This document shows, in pieces, positions 48,918-61,605 of a stretch of DNA of 64,000 bases (the stretch's first letter is position 1; the number at the start of each line of letters is the position of its first letter). The stretch is from Callorhinchus milii. Lineage: Eukaryota. The notes beneath the pieces are model-generated. The model searched no databases, was not told the DNA's origin, and worked only from the letters and a program-made list of their open reading frames with translations. The position numbers and the translations under genes are program-made. Location: contig NW_024704743.1 of NCBI RefSeq assembly GCF_018977255.1, forward strand, positions 79,858,001 through 79,922,000, read 5' to 3'.

Positions 48918-49520
48918 TACACTCGTCTATATGGACTTTCAGAAGGCAATTGATAAGGTTCTACACAAGAGGTTATTAGCAAAAAATGAATTAAGAGTTC
49001 CACATCAAAATTTTCAGATGACACAAAGTTAGGAAGCACAGTAAATTGTGTAGATGGAGGCAGGAAGTTACAAAAGGGACTTTGACAGATTAATTGAGTG
49101 GGCAAAACCGTGACATATGGAATTCTATGTGAGGAAGTGTGAGGCCATCCAAAAACTCTGGAGGGTGTGCAGCACAGATTCACCAGAATGATACCAGGGC
49201 TTAAATTATGAGGACAGGTCGCATAAACTTGGTCTCTATTCCTTTGAGTTTAGAAGATTGAGGGGTAATCGGATTGAGGTTTTTAAAAATAATGAAGGGA
49301 TTCGATAAGGTAGATACAGATAAACTATTTCCTCTGGTGGGGGAATCCAGAACAAGGGGGAATAATCTTAAAACTATTTATAAGTGAAATCAGGAAGGTT
49401 TTAACTCAAAGGGTAGTGGAAATCTGGGTAATTGGAACTGAGGTACAGATCAGCCATGATCTTATAGAATGCCGGAACAGGCTCCAGGTGCTGAATGGCC
49501 TACTGCTGTTTCTATGACTT
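48918..49520 (+). mobile_element. CR1/HER1-type LINE with multiple internal deletions
   Basis: VYMDFQKAIDKV and KFSDDTKL motifs, LEGVQHRFTRMIPGL, gatcagccatgatc...gaatggcctact tail. Confidence 0.92.
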
Positions 49521-50341
49521 ACGGTCAATATGTTACTCTCTTGTCCTTATACATTGTAATGAGATTTGAATGCTACATTAACATGTGAACTTTTCAATCT
49601 CCATCTTAAGATTCTATTGATTCAAGGACGGTCCCTATACTCAGCATCATTAGACCATGACGTACACTGCTAGTCCTCTTCGAATGGAGAATAAAAAAGA
49701 CAAATTAAAATGAGCGCCTCCCAACAACAATACATTTATAGAGCGCCTTTCACGTTGGGAGTTTTAATTTTAAATTTAATTTCCCAGTGGCGAATTCTAG
49801 AGTGGCACTAGTTTCATAAGCCATAGAACAAACAATGTAATTACACGCTTCTGAGGATGATCTCGGTATTTGTGAGATTACATGCTCTTTGTCAATTGTA
49901 GGAATTAAAATGTTAATAAAATCAAATAAGGTCACCATATTCTCATTGTCAGAATATCTGTCATTGCCTGTATCAAACAGATCACCACACATTTGTTGGG
50001 TTGCTAACAACTGCACTGCTTCTGCACTTTATTTGTCAAGAATTTATTTAATATCCTGATTCCGTTATTCACAACTCAAATAATATAGAAATAGGGATGT
50101 CCTGATAAGCCAGTTTCCATCCCCACGCCTAAGGATTGTGATCAGTAGAAAGGTAGTTCATTATCTTTCAGTCATGAATCAGATTGAAAGCACTAGCTCA
50201 TATTGAGGTATCACTACCAGCTGCTTAAGTGAACCTCACCCAACTGGGGATTTTTGCTGTATGTGCTCAGAGTATCAATAGGTTCATTTCATTCTGGGGT
50301 AATATTATAATGCTGTTCAGTCTGTTTCTCAACATATATCT

Positions 50342-50600
50342 ACAACAACAACAAAATTACATTTCTAGAGCGCCTTTCATGTCTGGAGGACGTCCCAAAG
50401 CACTGAACAGTCAGGTGTCGGGGCCCGAGCATGGGAGAGGGATGGTGTAGGGGTGAGGGAAGGCAGAGAAGTGGGGGGGCAACCAAAGGCACAATCGAAG
50501 AGAAGGGTCTTGAGACCGGCCTTGAAGGAGGCAAGGGAGGAAGCGAGGCAAAGGGACTGTGGGATGGAGTTCCAGAGTGTGGGGGCAGAGAGGCTGAAAG
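50342..50600 (-). mobile_element. L2 3' end (family A variant)
   Basis: AFSLSAPTLWNSIPQSL...FKAGLKTLLFDCAF; tail hairpin and (TTG)n. Confidence 0.92.
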
Positions 50601-50919
50601 CTAAACATGTATGTCCAAGTAGGGCCACAGTAGTAATCCTGGCTGTTTCTTACTCTCCCTAACCCTGGTGAGATAGAATCAATCGCAATGCCCATCGCGA
50701 GGACAGACTGTGATCATATCCAGGATCTCACTGTTTGAAGTGCAGAGTTAGGAGAAATGGTTGCACTTTGTTTAATGTTCCCGGGTTCACACTTTAAATA
50801 TGTTGATGGAGGCTTTAAGTGCTCAAATGAAGTCCCAACCATTGTAATGTAACACAACACCGAACCATCCAATCACATCATGGTTATTGTGCGCAGATTA
50901 GGGATGATTTTTTTAAGTT

Positions 50920-50970
50920 GTTTTTATTAAGTCAGCTGGAGGTCTGACACAAGCAGAAACTCATCACTGG
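50920..50970 (-). mobile_element. repeat X extreme 3' end
   Basis: reverse: gtgatgagtttctgcttgtgtcagacctccagctgacttaataaaaa. Confidence 0.6.
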
Positions 50971-51257
50971 GGCTGCAGATTTGTCATGGAATTTTCCACC
51001 AAAAATTATGGACCAGTCACGGTATATTTAGTAAAACTCACAGGTTTAAGGTAAATGTGTAAAGTCATGGTGGACGCTTTTTATGATGGGGGATGAAGCC
51101 AGGGGAAAGTGATGATCGACAGGGGGAGATGCTTCCACGTTAGCTAATAGCAGGGCAGCCTGCGGACAGGATTGCCTCTGCCATGATTGGCAGCTTTGGG
51201 AGTGAGAAAAACAAGCGGCCCCAGATAAAATGTAGAGCAAAGGCTGTCCCGTAGCGT

Positions 51258-52355
51258 GGGCCGAAGTCACGGTCGAAGAGGAGGGTCTTGAGGCGTGCCT
51301 TGAAGGGGGCAAGAGAGAGAGCGAGGCGAAGGAAATGTGGGACAGAATTTCAGAGGCTGGGGGCAGAGAGGCAGAAGACCCGACTGCCGATAGTGGGGCG
51401 GGGTACATGGAGCAGGCTAGAGCCTGCTGAGTAGAGGGAACAGACAGGTTGATAAATGGTCAGCAGGTCAAAAAGGTAAGAGGGTGCAAGGCTATGAAGG
51501 GCCTTAAAGGTGAGAACGAGAATTTTGAACTTGATCCTCTGAGGGATGGGGAGACAGTGGAGTCGGGTGAGGGTGAGTGTGATGGGGTTACGGAGCCTGG
51601 TGTGGGAGCGGACACGAGCTGCGGAGTACCATATGATCTACAGTTTATGGAGGGAAGAGTTGGGAAGGCTGACAAACAGGGCGTTTAAAGTCAAGCCTGG
51701 TTGTAATAAAGGCATATATGAGGGTTTCAGCGGCCTGAGGGGTGAGGCAGTGGTGGAGTAGGCAATGTTGCGGAGGTGGGGAAAGGCAGAGCGAATCATG
51801 GCACGGATGTGTGGGATAAAGGACAGTTGAGGGTTGAACAAGACGCCTAGGTTCCTGACTGGCTTGGTAAAGTGGAGTGTGCATCCTTGGATGCTGATGC
51901 TGCCAGTGCCTGAGGTGCAGAGGCGCTGGCACAAGCCAATCAAGAGAGCCTCGGGTCTTGCTGATGCTCAACTGTAGAAAGTTGGTTCTCATCCAGGACT
52001 TGATGTCTGACAGACAATCTGTCAGGACATCAGTGGCCCTGGGGTCGAGGGTGGAGGCAGAGATAGAGTTGGGTGTCATCTGTGTACATGTGGAAGTTGA
52101 CCCTATGTCTGCAGATGATGTCACCAAGAGGGAGCAAGTACAGGTTGAAGAGGAGAGAACCGAAGACAGAGCCCTGAGGAACACTGCATGAGACGGTGCG
52201 GCGGTGGAGGAGACGCCATTTGTGGAGACAAAGTGGAGCCCGTGTGGGAAATAAGATCTGAACCATTCAAGGATAGAACCTTGAAGGTTAAGGTGAGAGG
52301 AGAAGTGGCGAAGGATAGAGTGGCCCACTGTGTCAAATGCAGCAGAGGTCAAAGA
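51258..52355 (-). mobile_element. L2 LINE RT fragment, frameshifted, no tail seen
   Basis: [41 protein letters not shown]. Confidence 0.93.
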
Positions 52356-52367
52356 GGATTCAGTGTC

Positions 52368-52560
52368 ACAATGGCGAATTATGCGGTTTTCGGTAGTTAA
52401 AACTCCAGCACTATCCCAACAAACACTCTTAGGTTCCCAAGCCTTGGTTCTTCCCAACCTATGCCAAATACTCTCTGGAATTAGGTAAGCAGTGTGCATC
52501 CCTCAAGGGAGACAGTGGATTCCTATTCCAGACAAGGGGAAATTTCCACGTGTGGATAGC
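52368..52560 (+). mobile_element. repeat X fragment
   Basis: atgcggttttcggtag...actctctggaattaggtaagcag...aatttccacgtgt. Confidence 0.8.
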
Positions 52561-52634
52561 GTAGTCCTGAATGACTGCCCAGAGGTGCCATCCTCCGGAT
52601 GAAATCTTAAGTTAAACTGCTGGGAATGACCGAA

Positions 52635-52928
52635 CGTGTCCTTTGGATGAGATGTTAAACCGAGGTCCTGTCTGCCTGTTCAGATGAACATTAAAGACCC
52701 ATGGCACTATTCAAATCAAGAGTTTCTCCCAGGGTCCTGGCCAACAATCCCTGAAATAAAATTGGTCATTTACTCCATGATAGTTTGTGGGACATTGCAG
52801 TGCGCACCCGCCTGCCGTATTTTGCCAACAAAACACAGTCAATCCACTTTACAGTATATCCTGTGAAGCACTTTGAGACGTTTCAAGGATGTGATAAGAT
52901 GCTATATCAAATGCAAGGATTATTATTA
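52635..52928 (+). mobile_element. SacSINE1-like Deu SINE, 5'-truncated
   Basis: ggatgagatgttaaaccgaggtcctgtctgcc...ccatggcactattc...caaatgcaaggattattatt. Confidence 0.9.
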
Positions 52929-53285
52929 TACATATGTGAAACTTTCAGTCTGGTTTAGAAACCCTTTAAGCATGATGATAGATTCCTACAACCTTCAGAC
53001 ATCCAACTGACCAAAAATCATAGACTTGATAGTCCGAATTACCCATTTCTATGTTGTAACATTCTATGATTCTTTAACTTCCACAGACAGACAGGATCAT
53101 GTTCTGTACCCGAACCAAAAAAAATCCAACATTGGGGCTTTAAACTGCACTCTCCCATAACATCAAAAGCGCCAATCCAGTTTGGAGTTAATTACACAAG
53201 AAGAATAAAGTTTAAAAATGGCATGCCTTTCAATCAAGGGGCAGTAAGAATTTCTGGTGCGTTTTGATCTCTCACCTGTGCTTAC

Positions 53286-53400
53286 CATTTAGAGTGATTT
53301 TAATCTTGGCACAGAATCAGTGTCACATAGTCAAGAAGCCAAGGACTAGAAGTGCTGGTCTATGGTCACAGTAACTTAGAAACGTGAGATATTTATCTAA
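53286..53400 (-). other. candidate 115-nt exon ending in ATG (5' UTR or lncRNA)
   Basis: acceptor ttatttcatatttttcag| and donor ATG|GTAAGC; stops in all frames. Confidence 0.5.
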
Positions 53401-54109
53401 CTGAAAAATATGAAATAACTACAGTATTAACATATGAGCAAATGAAGATAATCTCCTCAATTTCGAAGATTCATAATTTAGGTAGTTTCTTCAGTTTGTT
53501 TCACATGTCCTCATATGCCTTGTGTGGGAAGCCAATCTTTTTCACAGAGGTTCCTGTCCGCCTGTTCACTCTTTTGTGGCTAGTTCTACCCCAGACTCCC
53601 TGAGCTCATTGATTTTATTGTTGCTTTTGCTGTACTGGTTTCCACTCCAGCTCACGTATGTGTCATTGTTCAAAGCTTTCTACTCCGCATTTTGTTGCTC
53701 CATGAAACATCACGTGCGCAGTCAGTAGATATTCTCAGTCATTTAAGCCAACTATGTATAGTTGCAGAGTCAACTTCAAACATTTCCCCTTCATGTCTAT
53801 TGACAGTTTTGAAATACGCATGTGTATCCACACTAGCAACAACCCCAGTTTTGACAAAAATAAATTGTAGTAAAGATCCTCAGGACTTCGAGATGGGATG
53901 ATGCCAGTAACAGATCTACCTTTCTGCAGAATGCACTTCAATACTGGTCTCCAGCCAAACTTAAAACAAAACAGGTTAAAAAGGCAAACACTTTGCTCCC
54001 TCTCACTGTTGCGCTGAGCAACTTCAGAGCAGAAGATTTGTAGTTTAGTTCTGCAAATGGGTGGAGGTGCGCTTACTTAAAAAAATGATCAACTGTGATT
54101 AAGCTCGAC

Positions 54110-54400
54110 AATGGCTCAGCAAATAACTGCCCAGGCTGGTGGTGTACTGCGCCAAACACCACAAAGGTACCAGTTTCAATCCTGGGCTTTGCGGAGTTAT
54201 CTTATTCTAATCTTAGTGTCTCCATTCAGATATACAGAGGTAAAAGTCCACGAGTATAAAAGAGGTGATCTTAGGAAAAGCAGCATCAGACCTTCAACGT
54301 CTTCACATTCCATGCTGCAGGATCCACAGTATAAAAGCGGTTGATCTCACAGGAGCGGCAGCACACTTTAGCTGTGCCCTCTGCGATGAACATTAGAGAT
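54110..54400 (+). mobile_element. SINE family C with head (another head at ~60770-60890)
   Basis: atggctcagc...gtgtactgcgcca...aaggtaccagtttcaatcctgg. Confidence 0.55.
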
Positions 54401-54604
54401 AATCATGGTTTCCTCCATCCCAACCTCTCTTGTGGATCCCAACTGCACTAGTGACCAGCGGTGCATTCCCCCCCACTCCCGGCCAGGCATGTGCATTGTG
54501 CATGTTGACTTGTTGCCCATCAAAGCATGAGCCTTAATCATCAAGGCAAGTAATAAGTGGGGAACATTAAGGGATTAGAAAATGAAAACTAAAGAGGCCC
54601 ACGT

Positions 54605-54860
54605 TTGCTGATTGGAGGGGTCAAGCAGAGGAATATGCAGCGGAGTGGAGTAAAACAAGCTATTCGAGAGTTATTCGGGCGTGAGAGGGTTCAGAGGTGA
54701 TGGTGAGGATCTTGAAGTTAATCTATTGGGAGATAGTAGAGCCTTGCATGGACCACAATGATGGGCACTGGAGGTTTGCATCAGCTGAACCTTATGGATG
54801 GTGGAGGTAGGGAACCTGGCGAAGAGTGTGCTTGAGAAGTCAAGTCAGGAGGTAGCAAAC
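54605..54860 (-). mobile_element. very old L2 fragment
   Basis: gtgaggatcttgaagttaat and purine-rich reverse-coding pattern. Confidence 0.55.
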
Positions 54861-55005
54861 CTGTTTGAAAAACTACTGTTGCTGAAAAATAAAAAAAAAT
54901 TTACAATGAGGTCTTACAACAGGGATGCAGGTAGACTACATTAATATTTTGGTTATCTCTAACCTCATCCCCAGCATGAGACTGGAGACTTTTATGTAAC
55001 TGTGT

Positions 55006-55325
55006 GGAGTCCTGTAGCTCAGTGGTTAGAGCACTCGCTTTGCAAGTGAGAGACCCGAGTTCAATTCCAGGCAGAGGGCGAAACCTTGGGCAAGTTTCCT
55101 TACTCCACACAGAGCCTAATAATAATCCTCCAAAAACCAAAAACAATAATAAATTGGTCATTTTCCATCTACGACTGTTTGTGGGACATTGCTGTGCGCA
55201 ATTGGCTGCCGCGTTCGCCCACAAATATACAGTCAATTCACTTTACAGTATATTCTGTGAAGCGCTTTGGGACGTCCTCCCGTTGTGAAAAGCACTATAT
55301 CAAGTGCAAGGATTATTATTATTAT
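55006..55325 (+). mobile_element. full-length young SINE family A
   Basis: GGAGTCCTGTAGCTCAGTGGTTAGAGC (A box)...GAGTTCAATTCC (B box), TGC anticodon-like loop, Deu 3' core, L2 tail, (TTA)n. Confidence 0.97.
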
Positions 55326-56304
55326 AACTGGAGATCTTTATGTAACTGGAGACCTTTATGTAACATTAAATAATTAGAGAAACTTTCTTTAAATAAGTTA
55401 ACGATCTGATCTGTCTCACATCACACACCTTTGGCATATACCATCATTCTTTCTGTACCCACAATTACACACTTTACAGTATATTCTGTAAAACGCTTTG
55501 AGACGTCTCGAAGATGTGATAAGGCGCTATATCAAATGCAAGGATTATTATTACTTGTGTTATTTCTAAAGAATATAAAGGAAAACCATGATGAAAACAA
55601 AAGTGGGAAAGACCGACTCACATTTGCTTTCATCTGAAATATGCTGCCCAGTTACATCAAAGATGCCCCTCGATTGCTGCTGATTACATCAGGGAATTGA
55701 ACTGATGCAACATACAAGTGTGTGGGGATCAATCCAAAGGGCAGAAATTTCAAGTAAATAAGCAGCCCACGTGTTTACATATATTCAGTCAATGAAGCCT
55801 GTTGTTTACAGAGAATGAGAAAAAAAAGGACTCTGATGCTTGAGAAATTAATGGTGAGTTACACAATTAAGTTATGCAGTTAAAGGAGGTGTTGAGTCAT
55901 TTAAAAGTTATTCCAACATTCAAGTGCAGTGGTTTCAGAGCATCTTACTACAATCCAAAGTTTTTCTATTGAACAGGCTTGCAATGTTTTTCATCTTTGC
56001 ACCAGGCATTACCATAGAAAATTGATTTAAGCTTCCTGCACTACCCTGCCACGGTTGTGCTTTCGACAGGACTGACATTCAGAAGCACTTCTAAATCTCC
56101 AGGGATTTCACGTTACAACACTGTCTGGATTACATGCTACAATATGCAACTATAGTTTCTAAGGCCAATAACATTTTACACCCAGTTTGTTTTTGGATCA
56201 CTACCCATTAACTCCAGCACTACAGTGTGAGCCCTGTGCTGTCAAATTATATTTCAGAACACAGACATCATTCGGTTCACCTACAAAATACACAGTTGTG
56301 TGTG

Positions 56305-57168
56305 TCATCCAGGCCCAGTGATAGCACTCTCATCTCTAAGTCAGAAAGTTGTGGGTTCAAGCCCCCGTGAGTGCTTGGAATCACACTGTCTAAGCTGACA
56401 CTCCAATGCAGTGTGGTGTGTTGCATTATCTGAGGTGCAGTCCTTTGGACGAGATATTAAACCAAGATATTAAGCCTGCTTGTTTAGGTGAATATTAAAA
56501 ATCTCATTTCAATATTCAAAAAGAGAAGGGAATTGATCTTTCCCAGGGTTCTCGCTAACAATCAGCCAAATAAAATTGAACACTCATTCTATGGCTGATT
56601 GTGGGATATTCCTGGGCACTGCTGATGACAGCACAGACGGCTCATCGGCAGGACCTGGAAGGGCAGACCAATCACTGGGAGCAGGGAGTAACCCTTTCAG
56701 CTCCTATTAACCCTGCAAGCCAAAGCTCTAATGGTTAGGATGGCCCTAGCTGATAAGCAGCGGGAAAGCTTGTCAGACAGCAATGTCAATGGCAAGCTAT
56801 GCAGTTTTAGTTGGTTAGACTACAACAATTCCCCAACTCACACTCTGTGGTCTTCATGCCTTAGCTCTTGCCAACCTGCGCCTAATTCGGAATTAGGTAA
56901 GCAGGATCTGTCCCTCCAGGGAGAGAGTTCGTTTTCCATTCCAATAATCTATGTGGAGGTGGGGTGCATGGAAATCTCAGCCTGGATACTCTTAAGCACG
57001 GCGATGGGTTTTCGCATGTGTCAGACTGACTAAACAAAATTGTTGTGCATACTGGCGTTTTACCCCCCAAAATACACAGTAAATCCACTTTACAGTATAT
57101 CCTGTAAAGGACTTTGAGATGTCTCAACGACATGATAAGGCGCTGTATCAAATGCAAGGATTGTTGTT
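56305..57168 (+). mobile_element. SacSINE1-like Deu SINE split by repeat X (parts 56305-56610 and 57040-57168)
   Basis: halves rejoin as gtgggatatt|gttgtgcata, matching core gtgggacattgctgtgc. Confidence 0.8.
56606..57040 (+). mobile_element. repeat X, 5'-truncated with A-rich 3' end
   Basis: longest contiguous copy; ends catgtgtcagactgactaaacaaaa. Confidence 0.85.
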
Positions 57169-57649
57169 GAGGCCAATACACTTTACAGCAATTCTTGTGA
57201 AGCGCCATGAGGAGCTTTGAAGTGAGGTGCTGTAAAAAAAAAACAAATTACAAACTTATCGCTGGAGAACAATTGCAACAAGTCATTAACACCAATATAC
57301 AGAATAGACGCACTCACTCATAACCCTTTTCAAGACAACAGATTTGGATAATCAGAGCTCAGATAGCAATGGGGGAGGGGGCGAATTTAACGATTGGATT
57401 TGAGATACGACATGGAAAAAAATACTGAGTGAGTTCTAACATAATCATCTGCAACACTGTGAGTTTTCATAGTCTAGACAGGAACCTTTTAATTTCACTC
57501 TACATTATGATCTTATTTAAACAGAATTCCAAATTCTGACTGATAGGCTTTAGTACATTCAGTGATTCAGAACAATCAGTCACCACTGCCGTCCCTGGAC
57601 CATTGCAAATCTGCTCTGGGCAACGTGCCAGAACAGATGAACAACACTG

Positions 57650-57651
<2 letters not shown>

Positions 57652-57680
<29 letters not shown>

Positions 57681-57723
57681 GTGAGAGTGAGAGAGAGACA
57701 CACACAGTGAGAGAGACGCACAC
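57652..57723. repeat. compound (CA)n/(GA)n microsatellite
   Basis: direct observation. Confidence 0.95.
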
Positions 57724-57964
57724 AATACTTAAGGATAAGGAGAGAGAAACAGAGTGTGACGCACGCTCAAACACATACAGACACCCCGTGACGGCTCGCC
57801 AACCCAAAATAGCCTGACACTGCAATGTGATTAGCAGTACGGCCTGGCACGAACAAAGGCAAGCTGCAAGAAATCATCATCTCGAAGAAGCACAATCATC
57901 AGCAACTGGGCTGTGTCACACTGTCTGTTAAAGTAATTCTCTGCTGAGCAACACCCAGAATGGC

Positions 57965-58050
57965 ACAACAACAACTTGCACTTATATAGAGCCTTCCACG
58001 CAGGGTAGCATCTCAGAGTGCTTAACAGTGGCGGAGCTTGACTCCAAGCC
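57965..58050 (-). mobile_element. L2 family B tail
   Basis: matches 3462-3550. Confidence 0.85.
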
Positions 58051-59261
58051 GGTGGGGGGGGAGGTGACCATCAAAAATAAAACCAGTAAACATAAAGCTT
58101 AACAGTTCTGTGGAATCTCAGTCCCAATTCACATTGTCTGCTCTAGAGAGTGATGACTTGTAATGCAAGGAACCCTTTGTATTGAAGGGAAATAGAGAAA
58201 GAACCAAACCTTTTTTGCTAATTAGATGAAATCAAATTCAAGATTAGAAAAGTTATCGGCTGCTGGAGCCCGTCAACTTTTAACTAGATTTATTCCTATA
58301 TGGATGAATGGGAGGCTGGGGGGGCAGTGGAGGAGGTGGAGAGAGAATCTCTGCTGAAAGATACAATTAGGATAAATGGGTTTGTGTAAAAGCACCAGAT
58401 ACGTTAATGCTTCTCAAACAAGGATATTTTTTCTAATACCTTTGAAACGGATCACACAGAGTAGCATTCTTCTCTTTAGTAATTTCGGTGGCCAACTGTC
58501 AGTACTATCACTGTTCTAAAGAGGAAACTTGCTTAACTCACAAAAATGCTAACTGATGAGGGTTCCTAAGTAAAAAGGGTCCGAGCAGATAAAGCACAGC
58601 ACATTTGTAATTAAACCACTCCCCCTCCTTATTTCTTATTAGTTTTCCTAATAACTATTATTTCTTTGCACAGAGGGCTGCAAAAATGTGGAATGCACTG
58701 CCCTCCCTGACCCGGGAGTACTGAAGCAAACTTTCATGCTCTCAGTGTCATCTCAGCACAGACTGAACATAGAACTGAAACTCAGCCCATCCTGACTTGG
58801 TGGTGCTTTTAATAAGTGAGCCATAAGGGGGCACAAGCTACTCTTTGCCTCAGGAGCCGTGCTTTCATTTTAGCAATGACAACACTTGCATAACTATTTT
58901 CTTGGCCTTATTGTTAGCTCCACTAACAACTGTTTAATAATAGCACTCTTAAACAATGCAAGACCAATAGTCGATGGAATAAACACACACTGCTGCTGAC
59001 TTACAGCATATTTGTGTTTGTAATACATTTGCCATTTGGAAAAAGGCAACTCCAGTTGGAAATGTTTTTGGCACACTCCAGGGATGGATCAGCTGTCGGA
59101 AACACATGCTTTTCTCAGAGAGAAACGATAATCGAACACAATGACCATCTGCTGCAGGTCTCTGAGTAACACGATATGACGAGAGTACCGCTACCCAAGT
59201 CAACTGAGGGTTTTTGCTTTTGAACTTGTCCACATTCTGACAAATGGAGCAGTGGCGCAGT

Positions 59262-59577
59262 GGAGTCCTGTAACTCAGTGGTTAGAGCACTCGCTTTGCA
59301 AGTGAGAGACCTGAGTTCAATTCCAGACAGGGCCAAACCTTGGGCAAGTTTCCTTACTCCACACGCCTAATAATAATCCCTCCAAAACCAAGAACAATAA
59401 TAAATTGGTCATTTTCAATCCATGACTGTTTGTGGGACATTGCTGTGCGCAATTGGCTGCCGCGTTCGCCCACAAATATACAGTCAATTCACTTTACAGT
59501 GTGTTCTGTGAAGCGCTTTGGGACGTCCTCCCGACGTGAAAAGCGCTATATCAAATGCAAGGATTATTATTATTATT
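59262..59577 (+). mobile_element. full-length young SINE family A
   Basis: near identical to 55006-55325 and reverse of 31662-31977. Confidence 0.97.
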
Positions 59578-60908
59578 GTAAACACAGTAAGCACTTAATT
59601 CCTTCTGGACGCAAAGTTTCAATAGACTATGACCAATACATTTCCGTAATTGAGTGCCAATGAATGATCGTGCTTCACCCACAGTCCCCTTGGCTGAACT
59701 CTTCTTTCACAGAGAAAGCTACCGGATTCCACAGCAATGAAACTGTACATATCGTCATTGGAGGAACAATGCTATGTGTGGAAAGTTACACTCTGGTGAC
59801 ACTGAAGAAACAATATTCATGAAAACAAGAAGATGCAGAAGGTATTCTGTAATACATGGAAAAGGGGATCCTTGTCCTTCCCCCTACAAAGGGTTACTGG
59901 ATGCAAGATAGTTTGGGATTTTTTTTAAGAACAAGCAATGTCTCTTTAAAAATATAGTAAGGCGGGGGTGGTAGTGGGGGGGGGAGAGAATAGAATAGTG
60001 TACAATTACTCATTGTACAGGAACCTCAGGCTTCTAGACAGCCGGCCTGCTTGCTGTGAGTCAGCAGCAGTATCATTTGCAGCAGATGGCAGACACTCCA
60101 CTCAACTATTGCTTTTTGGCAAAAAGGCAAACCGGCTTTCCCAAGGGTCTGTGTTATTCCTCAGTAACTTACTAAAAAGTTCACAATCAATTCCAAATCT
60201 TCAGCTACAATTCAGCTCATAGCACTCATGAAAACGCAAGCTCATTGCCTGGAGTATGGCAAACTACAGTAGAATCTCACTGTAACTCAAGTGACTGGGC
60301 AAAAGTGACCAACTTAGTGAGGTGACCTGATTACTGAAACAGGTCGGGTGATTCAAGTCACTGATGTAATGTTAAGGGCATTGGTAATGGGCAAGGGTGA
60401 TGAACATTCAACAACCATACTTTGCAATCTCAGTAAAATAAAGTACCACATTTAAAATAAAAGCTGTCATGTATTCAGTCCACCTTTTGAGAATGCATCC
60501 AAATTGTGTTCTACCAATGCCTGTTCCGGCCACAATCAATGACGTTGTCATGAATAGTGAGGTGCCCAGTTTACTGAAGCAGTCAGCCTATCTTTTAACA
60601 TCGACAATGAAAGAGACTGTGAAAATATGTCCACAATTGTAGGTGGCTGGACTACCGAGGTGACCGCAAACCGGATTTCTACTGTATTTAACCTTTTCTT
60701 AGTATTGTACCTTTGCCACATATCTCAAAGTACATTGAACTAAAACTATGAAAAGTACTGGTGCCAGGATCCACAGTGGCCCAATGGATACAAGCACCGA
60801 CTGCCAGGAGTAAGCAAACCAGAAAGCCACAGGTTTGATTGCCTCTCTATGCGGGTTAGCTCTCATTTGTAGTGCAACAATTGACCTGGAATTTTAACCA
60901 GAGATCCT

Positions 60909-61221
60909 ATAATAATAATAATCCTTGCATTTGATATAGTGCTTTTCATGTCTTCTCGACGTCCCAAAGCGCTTCAAAGAATATACTGTAAAGTGAATTG
61001 ACTGTATATTTGTGGGTGAAACGCAGCAGCCAATTGCGCACAGCAGTGTCCCACAAACATCGTGGATTGCCATGACCAATTTATTATTGTTTTTTTTCTT
61101 GAGGGATTATTATTGGGCGTGTGGAGTAAGGAAACTTGCCCAAGGTTTCACCTTGCTGGGAATCAAACCCAGGTCTCTCGCTTGCCAGGCGAGTGTTCTA
61201 ACCACTGAGCTACAGGACTTC
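60909..61221 (-). mobile_element. full-length SINE family A
   Basis: head, body, core and tail all present. Confidence 0.95.
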
Positions 61222-61605
61222 TTAGGCAAGAACACAATAGTATACTTGGCTGTGATGCTTCCCTTTTCCCCCGCCAATCCCACACCATCTGTGTGAACCT
61301 ACAAATTACAGTCACTACACTTTACAGAAATACTATGAAGCATTTGAGACATCCTCCCAATGTTAAAGACATTGCATTAAATGCAAGGATTAGGATTAAT
61401 GTCAAAACCAAACATGTTTTATTTTGGGATGAGGGGGATTAACTCTGTCTTTCTTTTGGCACCAAATTCCTCCTAAAATCTAAATCAGGAACAAAGAATA
61501 GGGCTTTAGGATTTGTTGTGTTAAGTGTTTATCTTTCAAAATTGTGTTGATCATACTATGAATAGAGAAATAGCCAAAAATGACCGATAAAACACTTTAT
61601 AATAC

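Noticed and set aside
55006..55075. tRNA-Ala gene
   Set aside because: SINE head: acceptor stem not closed and followed by SINE body in every copy
10153..61079. Recurrent ORF peptide WDIAVRNWLPRSPTNIQSIHFTV...KCKDYYY (10153, 55086, 59340, 60894) as a gene family
   Set aside because: It is simply the translation of the SINE family A body and tail
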